DNA of 64,000 nt from Tubulanus polymorphus (lineage: Eukaryota > Animalia > Nemertea): the NCBI RefSeq assembly GCF_964204645.1, contig NC_134028.1, forward strand, positions 23,432,345-23,496,344, written 5' to 3'. Position 1 is the first letter of the stretch. Every line of letters starts with the position of its first letter. The notes under the pieces were generated by a model, which worked only from the letters and a program-made list of their open reading frames with translations, did no database searches and had not been told where the DNA came from. The position numbers and the translations under genes are program-made. Positions 1-11,500 of this stretch are shown one piece after another.

Positions 1-587
1 GTAATCGTAAGGGCAGCCTGTTGATTGCCAGATTTTGTTCGACATAAAAATCGCAAACCAGTTTTTAAGTCCCGTTTTTGGAGAAACAACGAGTATTTGA
101 AATATCGTACAAATCTTAAGATTTTATTGTCATTATAGAAAAACTATGGTTTTATAAACGTTTTACAAAAACAACATACAAGCATGGGAAAAATAGACTA
201 AAAACTAACCAACAAAAACACTTGGTTTGAGTTGTCATGGAAAAGGTATCACGGTTTATAAGTGTTCGTAATATTTTGTTTTGGTAAAATATGACTACTC
301 GATATGTGAAAAAATGTGATAAAATGGATATTAAAAGTAGAGACACTTTGTATTGAATAATTGAGGGTTGAATTACTGTCAGAATCAATTATTAAAAGCT
401 CATAGTAAGGAGCCACGTATAAAAGAGTGCAAACTTACAAGGGATCTGATCCACAGCTATTTTCTAAACAGTCTGAGCAATTCCGAAGTAAGTTTTCGAT
501 TGCAAAAAATACGGTCCACCTACAGTTTCCCTGGACCGACCCCAGCTAGTGAATGTGCATCGCATAGGGATACATCGCCCGAAAGCT

Positions 588-1301
588 CTACGGAGAATCA
601 TAAGTTGCTTGATTTGGCACTATCACCCTATCCTGGGCTGTTTTTGGTAAATTGTTATTAAAGTTCGGGTCACTTTTGGATATATCCTGCGTGATCGTAG
701 CCTTTCTGGCTGGCGAAGGGTTTGTCGAGTTCTGCGTCAATTGTCTTTTGCTTGGTGTTTCCATAACCTCGGCAGGTTGAGCTACTTTCACCGGACTACT
801 GCTCTGGCCATCGGACGCAGGTTGCATTCCATCATTTTGAGATGATCTCGAGTATAATTCAATAGTTTGAGCGACCGATTGTAGTTTCACCTCATTCACC
901 CTGACTGAAGCAAGTTCCGTGTTAGATTTCTCCTGATTTAAACGAGGTTGAACGTCTATTTTACTGAGACGATTAGCGTGTCGGGCCGCGATCACTATGC
1001 ATCCGATGAGGAACCCGACACCTGATGCGACTCCGAGTCCACCGATTATATACACGTCGTTTACTTTATAAACATACGCCACAATAACGAGGATAAGTCC
1101 TCCGAGAAAACTACAAATCCCCAGAATGAAAAGCCATATTTCTTGCTGCCAGTTCGTGCAACATTTACAACACGAACAGTATGAAGGATCGTATACAGTA
1201 TCAACCGAACTTGTCCGCCTTAAGAATCCCTGAGCCCAATCCTGATGAGCCACTGTTGAAGCTGGCCTGTTCGACGTATTGGCATCGAACGACACCGCCA
1301 T
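588..1301 (-). CDS. Uncharacterised 237-aa protein with a two-TM hairpin, a juxtamembrane Cys cluster and a disordered C-tail
   Basis: Open ORF with two hydrophobic segments (IWLFILGICSFLGGLILVIVAYVY; VYIIGGLGVASGVGFLIGCIVIAA) preceded by CSCCKCC. A likely 5'UTR intron spans 1437..1316 (GTAAGA ... ttttag), and TATAAA lies on the minus strand at 1566-1571. Confidence 0.8.
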   Translation of the reverse strand: MAVSFDANTSNRPASTVAHQDWAQGFLRRTSSVDTVYDPSYCSCCKCCTNWQQEIWLFILGICSFLGGLILVIVAYVYKVNDVYIIGGLGVASGVGFLIGCIVIAARHANRLSKIDVQPRLNQEKSNTELASVRVNEVKLQSVAQTIELYSRSSQNDGMQPASDGQSSSPVKVAQPAEVMETPSKRQLTQNSTNPSPARKATITQDISKSDPNFNNNLPKTAQDRVIVPNQATYDSP

Positions 1302-1565
1302 GTTTCTTCAATTTCCTAAAAATATCAACATTTTATACATTACATAACGTTTTACGTAGCGTTGAAATCAATATGCGCAGTACAATGACACCAAAAAAGT
1401 AAAATTGTTACAACACATAAAGCCACCCTAATCTTACTTATCTAAGGGTATCACAAAAAGCGATCTTACAAAATCTCTCGTATGTACCAGAAATGACTAA
1501 TGAGAACATCGTATGTAGGCCTAATACTGTAGGCTATAATATACAGATATACCCACCTATCTGCA

Positions 1566-1571
1566 TTTATA
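1566..1571 (-). promoter_or_regulatory. Candidate TATA box of the two-TM gene
   Basis: TATAAA on the minus strand upstream of the 5'UTR donor at 1437, with a CAGT initiator-like motif about 40 nt downstream. Motif evidence only. Confidence 0.35.
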
Positions 1572-3154
1572 GCACAATGTTCTAATTCCTGTTCATTCGT
1601 GATAATCAGCGGACAACGTCCAACAACGTGCACTGTCGCCTTTCAATGTGTTAATTGCTCATCCGCTTCGCTCAATCGATTTTCACGGTGTTTTGTTTTA
1701 TTGCGCACTGACTTCGAAATCCATCTTAATCCCTCATCGAAAATCGTTTATCTCCACATCTCAGTATAGTTAATAGGCGTAACTACTATACGCTGGTTCT
1801 GGTTTAATGTTCACTGGTGGTGACGATGATCACGATGGTAGTTGCCAGTAGTGATAGCAGTACACATTGCTGCAGCGACAACTCGCGTTTCTTCAATTTA
1901 GAATATTTCCAATATTTCGCTTTCCACACACGACACAACGAAACGCTGTCACATTCGTATCAGCTGTCAAATCCAAAAATGAAATCTAGTGCTTTTAAGT
2001 GCTTCGTTAACGCACAACGTACCAACTCATTCAGAAATATCGGTGTGAAAAACTCTCATTTCCAAAATGCTTTCAATCCAATTACTTTCCTTATGTTTAC
2101 TTCCTTGCCTACCATGGCCATAACTAGTTCAGTATTATTCGCGCTATTCATAGCAGTACTGAATCGCCTTTAAAGGCCGAATTCGTGAATTATTCGTTTA
2201 CAGTCTAGCTCACGAATGAACTGTTTTGTATATTAGCCGAGTGAATGAGTCATTCCTCTAAATCTATGGGCCACGAATAAATCTTTAATCCAATTAGTGC
2301 TACACGCTAAAAAAATCAACACTGTATGAATTATGAATAAATTGCACTGTTTTTTCTATTCGTTTTCTGTCATTTGCGCAACGATACACAACTATCGTCT
2401 GGCCTGTTCGGGTAGATCACGTGACGAAGGTCGCATTTCTCATTTATCAAAACCCGTCCTTTTTTGTTTGAACACTGATCGATGTGTCTTATATCAATTT
2501 ATGCTAAATCAGTCGTCTATATATAGTCATGTATGTGTGTGAATGGTGGTATAGGCTGAAACGATGCATTATTTGACTTGAAACGGAAGCTAGTTGTACT
2601 GTAGTGCGGTGTCTTGCGGTGTACTTAACTACCAAATACGACAATGTGCGACCTTATTCGTATACAAATCTGGAATCTTTGATAAGAATGCACTTTCGGT
2701 GTTCATCCTTTTATCTGAACTGACCAACTGACACGATTTATAAGAGAATATCGAAATATATACACACAGACACAAAATCGCAAAATTTATTTCGCACAGA
2801 ACAACATAATATACAAAAACAAACACATATGCATAGATATAATAAAAATAGAGTATACGCCTACGTGTGAAACTGATTGTTAGAAATATGATATTTTACT
2901 GGCAGAAACCGGTTGAATACTTTGCGTTTGTGAGCAGAATTTAAACAAAAGTTAAATCAAAGTCCCTGAAGCGAAGAAAGCAATGGACGGAAGTTGCTCG
3001 CAAGCGGTATTAGATTATCTGAGCGCAATCAGAGTTCCGCAATAGTAAAATCGAATTGTTTCGTCATGGATTTTTTTGAGTGACTTAAAAGCCATGAAGT
3101 ATAATTAGCAGTAGAAAATTGCATCCCGTATAGTAAAAATAAAACTACTCAAAT

Positions 3155-5750
3155 CTATACGTTTTCTTTGTCTATCAGAGGCGCTATTTCTTTTGACTGA
3201 CTGCCCGATTCATCTATGTATTCAAGGTCAAAACTTTTACCGAAGCCGCTCAGATTTGAATATTGTCTCTTGGCCGGCGACCTCGTGTGGTTTCGTCCGG
3301 CTACGCTTTCGTTAGACGTGTACCGTTCGTTTTCAACTTCTTTTAGGGGCGCTAGTTGGATATCCGCCGAATCGACCGATCTCAGACTCCGCCCGGACGT
3401 TTGCCGGCGAAATTCTTTCTTATCGAGTTCGAACGAGTCGAAACTGTCGAGTTTCGAATCGGGCAGAAACTCGCTGTAAGTCGGGGCTTGAAATTCGCCT
3501 TTTATCTTCGTTATCGAAATCTCTTCCAACGGAGTTCCGCCGCCATCGATAAAAGATTGACAGGCGCTGTTTGTGTTCCACGGGGAACAGGTTATAGATT
3601 TGACGGCGTTCATCACGTACGGTCGAAAAGCTTTGATTTTGCGAGTAACTCTGTACCGTTTGAATTCTTTCTTTAGCTCGTTCACTTGTTCGTTAGCGAA
3701 CATTTCACCGAATTGCGGCAACAGCGCCGCCAATAACGTCACGACGGACGTGACGACCATCGAAATTTCGCTTTGCCCTTCCCTGTTGAAAACGGTCATC
3801 GTAAAAATGATCAGAAACATGAACAGAAGCGTCGCGAACAGACTGACCAACGCCCGGCGAAAATTCGGCGCAAACGGACTCAACTCCCGACAGATATGAA
3901 AAAACAGACGACTCTGAATCATAGGAACGTGCGAATCGTTATAGAAAACGATCGCTTTATCAGCTCGAGTATTCTCATAGTGAACCAGTATCCCGTCGGG
4001 ATCACGAATTGTCATCTTTTCAACATTGTGCGTATGAACACACGAAGTAGTGACCACTCTGGCCTTGTAGACGGGCAGTTCACCGGATAGACATTCCTGG
4101 AAGACGGTGCGTTGGATTTCTGTGTAAGTACTACGAATGTTGGCGAACATTTTGTAAACGTAATAAATGGCCAGCGAAACTCCGGTCAACCAGGGGGTGA
4201 TTATTTGTATGTTTAATACAGTACCGGTCAGAATGTACATAACCATATGGAATAGACTATAAATGACTAGATAACTACCGCAGCCTACAGCGATAATGAC
4301 GAATATCAATAATCGGTGTACCGCGCTTTCCAAGTTCGGCATCATGTAAACCCATTTCTTCGATCTACGTTTGGCCTTGGAGTTATTATCCTGACACTCA
4401 CTCCAAGGTTTTATGAATACTTTGATTAATGTATTCAGAAGCGCTCTTCGGACGCAGCTCAACTCGGTTAACCACCAAAACATCACGAGCAACACGTTAA
4501 AAAACGAAAGCGAGACCAGAATCAAGCTGATGACGAACGGCCAAAACTCCTTGTTCGTGATCAGCCACGACACGGGAACGTTTCTCAAATTAAACGCGAT
4601 TTTTTCGTGCGTGTCCAAATAATTCATGTAATGAGGCGCGTTTGAATACTTGTACAGCCACCATCCGAGAGCTACGTACTGCGACATGAATACCGCCGTG
4701 AACCCGATTTTGGAAGGTCTAATCGGGAAATGAAAGTCAGAGAATGTCCACATCGAAGCGGCCGTCGTGTATGGCAATAAGTCATTCTGATCGACGAGTA
4801 CAGTATGTCCGGCGAGAGATCCATCTCCCTTCACGTAGAAATGGTCGATTTGTTGTAAACGATTTGTCAAATACGACACGATGCCTTTCGATATTTTATG
4901 AGGCCGAACATCAGGGGATACGCACATCATGTACAGCACCACTAACGGTAGAACTAACCCCAATACAAACAGAATTACACGAATTACGCCGTGCTTCTTG
5001 TCCCATGTTTTCGTGCATATTTTATTATTTCTGTACGGATATATATCGCGCATGCAGCAATCGGGTCCGACTCCTACGAGCTTCTTGGTGATGAACGACC
5101 GATGTGTGTATGCAGTTCGGCAAATATAGTCCCCGAACGATCCGGTCGGAGATTTACCGATTTCTAAAGCATAATCCAACACTTTGTGGATCAAAGCGTA
5201 TCTACATTTATGATTCAATTTTTGCAAACAGCCTTTCGGCTTGCTCTCCAACTTGAAATCGATGTCTTCGACCTTCAAAGTCAACAGCCCTACGGATAGG
5301 ATATCGTAGTCGATAGGCATGTCGAGAATGAACGTGCCCTTTGCAGACACCCACATCCACCAGTAAGGATTGAAAGTGGTGTCGTTCTCGGACGACGATA
5401 CGTTCAATTCGACCCCGGATAGATAGAAATTGATCAGTTGAACGCCCGAACTGCGATACCCTGCTATTTCACTCCGAATGGCGCTCATATTCAACGCAGT
5501 CAAAGAACAGGATTCATTCTTGACTACGTCCTCGTAACATTGATCTATCGAGTTGATTTTTGCGGTGTCTTTGACTCGAGTGATTGACTCGGCTAACTTA
5601 GCGATCAATGCGTCTACATGGCAGCAGATCAACAGCAAGACCACGAGCACACGCAACCTGTAAATAGAAGAAAACCGCAGAGGATATAAAGCCTTTTGGC
5701 GACACCCGAAATCTAATAAAATACACATAAAATACAAATATTACTTACAT
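3155..5750 (-). CDS. Uncharacterised ~834-aa membrane protein: signal peptide, Cys-containing ectodomain, ~7-8 TM segments, Ser-rich C-tail
   Basis: 2.5-kb uninterrupted ORF. Donor AT|GTAAGT at 5749/5748 and acceptor tttacag|G at 5658/5657 create AT+G, giving MLRVLVVLLLICCHVDA-LIAK (signal peptide). N-glycosylation sequons (NES, NMS, NVS, NDT) lie in the ectodomain and many hydrophobic helices follow. Confidence 0.88.
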
Positions 5751-7137
5751 ATTATCATGTACGAGTGTTGACGCTAGTTGTAATCGGTCGATGCAAATAA
5801 TGGTTATCACATATCGTAGGTCATCCTATATATATATACATAGATATTCGGAAAACCCGTCTATTCAGACACAGCTGTTAATGTGTCGTGGTTTTTCACG
5901 ACGACACTATCTATAGAACTTCCATTTTTATAAATGACGTTATATTTAGGTCGTCGTTATCGTTGACAATGATTAGAATACCGTAATGTTTGAGAACGTT
6001 TTTATCGAAGACTCACTCGTGTGGTGTGTGTGCTGGAACTCGTCTCTTTGTTTACGAAAAACCGCATAACTCTGTAGGCTGTTTCGCTAATGTCCTGTTA
6101 AAGATATTCCAGGAAACCAGTACTCATCGTTCTCTGAATGCCTCGCGTAAACACGCCAAAATAAGATTGACTCGCTTCCCCGACAAGGCCATGAAAACTG
6201 CGTTTTACCCGACCATGTACGTGGAGATTAAGTACAAGCTTTTTGACGCAAACAACGTTCAGTTGCTTTTATCTGCAGCGCAGTACTGTAGTGTAGGTCT
6301 GACTGCTGCATTTTGCTGAAATAATCAACTCGTCAATGATTTATTTCAAGCTGTTGTAATAAAAGTACAGAGCGCTGTGTAGTACAACGGGCTTGGCTGC
6401 ATAGTTTCAGAACAACAAAAGCAGGGGTTTCCCACCGTAAAACGAATAGGAGATTCTAAGAAATTTCACTATTACTCACATGTTCATATGCAAATTTGTA
6501 ATGAACATTGATTAGAATTTGTGTAAGAAGGATTAATGAATGACGAAAATAATGACAACTCACGGCAGAAATATTTTTCCCGAAGAGGTTTCATTATATT
6601 AGTCAACAATAGTATATGACCATACGAAAGAAAAGATGCTGTTTTGCATCACTATCAGTGCCGATAGTAACACTGAGGGGCGCGAGTCCTGCTGGCCGCT
6701 ACGCTTCAAGACTGCAGTCTCGACGATACAATGTTACCGTAGTCTTGGGAAACCAAGATCCGAGCCGGACGTAAACCATCAAACAAACTCAGTTTTTGAT
6801 GATAAATCTAATTCAAATCATTTTTATTCAATTTCAAGTTGACCTATTAAAGACAATTCTTTTTTTCATCGATTCTAACCAAATAAAAGGCGTGATCTTT
6901 CGGCAAATGCAACATGATCTAGAACGATCCCGAATCAGAAAGTACTTGTTGGCAAAATTTCAGCAATTACGTCCAAATCAAATTTGAAAAAAAGAAACAT
7001 ACAAATATACGGTGAATTGTATAATGAGTCAATCTAATGCCACGGCTGGAGTGGAAATTAACACTTTCGTGTTAAATAAAAGGAAGTTGAAAATTATCAC
7101 CCAAGTTTAAATTGTTACGTATATGTAAATAGATTTC

Positions 7138-7852
7138 ATGATCCAAAACATCTATCAGCATTTTCGCTTTGAAATGTATTCGAGAACTTCGAGAAAAGCT
7201 TTGTTCAGTTTCATTTTAACCGATCCCGAGGGAAACAACGTCGATAAACCGTCATCGACGCACGCACGAGCAGAACCGCTGTGGACGGAAGCGGAAATAG
7301 ACCTGTTCTGGAGAGTTATACGACAGTATATGTGGAAACTGGTGACCGGCGGTTCTCCTCTTTCGGTGGCTACAGTCGTATTGGATGCTTGCAGTAAGGA
7401 AGATTGCTTGCAGCTCAGTGAGTTTTTGATGGACGTCCGGCAGTTGATGTGGACAGGTAAATACAGCGTGGCCGTGTCTAACTTGCGCGCACTGACGCGA
7501 TATTTCGTCGATTTACACTCGTATTTCTATTCGGCGTCTACCCCCGACGAGGAGCTGGTAACTCTGGAAGCGATCTTCAAGAATAGATTGATTCGGAAAC
7601 GGTGGGTGGTAAAGAATACGCAAGATTCGCTTGTAATCAGGAAATGTTTCGATTTGTTTGAATAATTTTCTTGATATTTCTAGACGTCGTGGAAGCGCTT
7701 CGTCGATGCCAAACGGTGTTCTAGCATCGAATGAAAGGAAACACGAAGAGGTACTACCGACAATGTTGCTCCGCACTCAACGAAGCAGCAGTTATCCGGT
7801 AAAATGGTCTCCGCAGTTCATTAGGTCTAAAGCGTACAAACACGACTGCTAG
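7138..7852 (+). CDS. Uncharacterised helical protein with at least two coding exons (7138 or 7174..7601; 7684..7852)
   Basis: The 175-aa ORF joins the downstream ORF in frame through CG|GTGGGT (7601/7602) and atttctag|A (7683/7684), a phase-2, 82-nt intron. The junction reads IRKRRRGS. The true 5' end is uncertain. Confidence 0.6.
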
Positions 7853-7924
7853 ACAAATTCATTTTGTTTATCTCGCTTCGCGTCGATCGGATCTTGGTTC
7901 CCCAAAACTAAAACCCCATTGCAT

Positions 7925-8045
7925 TTTACATTATATTTAACATCACTTAAAGAGTCATTGCCCGCACATTGTGAGCAGCTAGCGGGACTCGAACCCTCTT
8001 GTCACTCAAAGCACTGATAGCGATCCACTTAAATCCGCAATAACC
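7925..8045 (-). mobile_element. Possible tRNA-derived SINE remnant
   Basis: Pol III B-box-like GGGTTCGAGTCCC on the minus strand at ~7984-7996. No cloverleaf is visible. Boundaries are approximate. Confidence 0.3.
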
Positions 8046-8560
8046 ATAGATAAACGAGTGTATTTAGAAAAACGAGTGTCTTCTTCTGGCAAAAAACGTT
8101 TATGTCTATTGCAAGGATCAAATTTCTAAATTACTAAAGAACTTCGCTCAAGTCGGATCTTTTGGGGCCGTAAAACTGCGTCTGAGTTGAGTGATATCCG
8201 AGTTGGGTGTTATGTATTTAATGTCACAAAAAACATTTAAAAGAAATCAACTCGACTCCGACTTGGGGATCACTGTATATATTTTATCATTGCTCTCCCC
8301 CCGTCGCTTCTGATATTTCGACCGATTTTAATACATTATCCTCATAGCTAAAGAGAGACATTAAGTCGTTGACTTCACCCCCGGTGCAATGACATCAAAG
8401 AAATATGTATATATAATAATCATTAAGGAGACACACATTTTCGCCATACGTGGCTTTTTAAGAGGACGTTGTGTACAGGTGTTACAATATGTTTATCTAT
8501 TTCTATATCTACCTGCGTGGATGATGTCATTGTCAGTAGAGTCGAAATACACAATGCGTT

Positions 8561-11500
8561 ATGGCGTACACAAGACGTTTCGTGGCTTGTTTTTTGTTTT
8601 GTTCATTCGTTTATGTTACTGGAAAGGACTTTAACTTCGTGAAGAGGGGTCCGAATGAGGCAGAAAATAAGAAATTAGAAGATTTATTCGGCAAACTTCG
8701 CCTAGGAACCAAATCGAAGAGAATATCGCCTACGGCACCACCCGCGAACAACGGAGGCGTATCGCAGCAGAAACTGGCGGCGACTAGCGGGAGATCGGGT
8801 GACGTAAAAACGCAGCAAGCTGCAAAAAACAACAACAAGATAAACCATTCGACGACGGGTAACATTGCAAAAAATGCTGGGTCACTGTCGAAGGAAAACA
8901 TGACAAGTTCAACATTGAACAAAACCATAGCACGTAAGATTTTTCCCGAATTTAATTTATATACGCACTGTATTTTCCACCAGATGATGCCGATCATTGT
9001 TGGTGTTTTCGTTTAAACAGCGCCGACATGTCTGTACAATCTCACCTGGAACAGCGATGTTATACATTTCGGTTGTTTGAAGACGTGCGATTATCCGAAC
9101 GGTTGTACGAAGCAGGGGAAAACCATACTGAAAACAACAGGAGGCTGTGATTGTCCTGATGGTCTGCTGTGGGATATCGAGGTGGGGAAATGTGTCCCGC
9201 CGGCTCTATGCCGTAAGTATACAGACTCAACAAGTGAGTTATATCCGAGTTAAAATCAGTTCATTTTCAGTTTATTCTGAATCAAATCTTAACTCGGAGT
9301 GAACTTGAACTTGAACTTATATTCATTGCGCCGTATATGAAATTTATACATAGGTTAAGATATGCAATAAATTGATAGAACAAAACATTGAAGAATGATA
9401 TTTAATAAACGCCGAGGGGTTCAATGAACACGTGGAATCGGGTCCAGTTTTACTTTAAAAGAAAATCCTATCTATAACAGGCTACTTTACTGCTTTTTTT
9501 AAAAATAGCCCGTAAGTTGTGCTTCTGTTCCGGTTTCGGCGGATTGCATTACAGGACCTACGACGGGTGGTACCTGCACCATACGGGACGATGCACGTAT
9601 CTACTGTCTGAAACCACTCATATGTCGGCAAACGACAGCTGTTATCACAGAATTACTGGGAGAAATACCAAAATAGAGAATTTGGATTCTCAAACAAGTT
9701 GGGTCGATCACATCAATATCAAAATCGGACGGTTAAAAGAATGGATTCGATTATTGAAAGGCAATATGATACAGGTGAACATTTTACATCGTACAAACTG
9801 AAACGAAGGCTATAAAAAGACAACGACTTATCATCATTATCATTATCATTGTCATAGCTTATTTGTTAACTGAAATATACGATATCAAAATACAGCCACA
9901 TGACATATGAAAAAGGTTCCATGAATGTATTTCTGCATTTCTGCATAAAATGTAGCAAAGAAAATGAAAAAAAGGGAAGGGGTTACTCTTAACAAAAAAA
10001 AACCTTTCTCGCTGTCGGAATATAAATCTGACGGATATGATCACATGTTTGTAAAGCGATTTTGATCGGCGCATCTAGCTATATATTTCAGATTGGAAAT
10101 CAGACGTTTCGGGATATATCTCACATCCCGGCGCATTATGCCGTTGATCTGGGTATCATTTTTAATCAAACGGATGCCTCACAGACTCTTATGGAAGATA
10201 CGCTGTGCGGTTTATGGGTGTCGTACGGTAACTACAGATTCACGATTAAGTCACGTCACCACGCTGGAAAACTGCGTGGAATTTGTGGCGACTGTAACGA
10301 CAACCCTGTCGACGATTACAAACGCTGCGATACCGGGAAAGTGGAACCCGAGTCCGATCATCAAACTGAGAGCTTTGGGGACAGCTGTCGCGTCGTGGAT
10401 CCCGAATTTGATGGGGATACCAAGTATGTAAAACCTCGCCGCGAATAATGATAATAATGATAGTAATAATGATAAGAACGCAACTATCACAATCTTCATG
10501 ATGATAATGAGTTTATTTACATTTTCAAACGTTTCGATCGATTTCGACTCATCTCTTCGAGTCCTTTTCAAGAAATGACATGAAAAGATACAAACTATGT
10601 ATAGTATACTGATGTCATTTCTTGAAAAGGACTCGAAGAGATGAGTCGAAATCGATCGAAACGTTTGAAAATGTAAATAAACTCATTATCATCATGAAGA
10701 TTGTGATAGTTGCGTTCTTATTATTATTTAACTATCTGGATACTCTTCCGAAATTATAATAGTAATAATGATTATCATTATCATCCTTATTTTTTAAGAA
10801 ATTGAAACATTTTATAACTTGATATTTATACGTAAATATAAATACAAGTTTAAAATGTGCCGGTATCACTTGGAGGAACCCAGTGGAGCAAAAGCCCTTT
10901 TAAAGGCTTGTCCGATGTGTACCCTGTTATATTGGTAAACCCACATCATTTAATCTCTCTTTCAAGCTGTACAACTGTTCCGTGGGATTGGTCGAAGAAT
11001 GGGGGCGGTAAGGCTGTAAAAGCCTTGAGTGAAGGGAGTTTGACTTGCGCCGATCTGAACGAAGTAAAAACTCTGAAGCAGTGTATGACCAGTTTACCGT
11101 ACTACACAAAAAAGGAGATAAATTTCGCGTGTGTCAGAGACCAGTGGGGAATCAGATCACCGAGACAGGCGAAATACGTCGTCTGCGCAGCCATAGATCA
11201 GATTGAGCATGAGTGTATGTCACGTGGTAGCGTACATGTACGAAGGAATTTATTGTGTAGTAAGAATTTTTTATTTCTATTTCTTTATGGATTCATAATC
11301 AATTTCAAGTAATGATTTCATTATTTATTCTGTGCGATTTAGAGAATTTACGATTTCTTATAAATAGAAATTAAAATCAGCGAGCGTTATTAAATATAGA
11401 AAGTATGTTCTATATACACAGCCATGTATAGGAGTACTAATGCATAAAAGGTTTCATGAAGTTTTCCATCCCATAGAGAAAAGCTAGCTGAAACCAATGA

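Noticed and set aside
3216-5129. Several + strand ORFs of 66-115 aa
   Set aside because: They are antisense shadows of the long minus-strand CDS with no independent motifs.
5990-6987. Short + strand ORFs as upstream exons of the 7138 gene
   Set aside because: I could not find phase-consistent splice sites or protein-like motifs.
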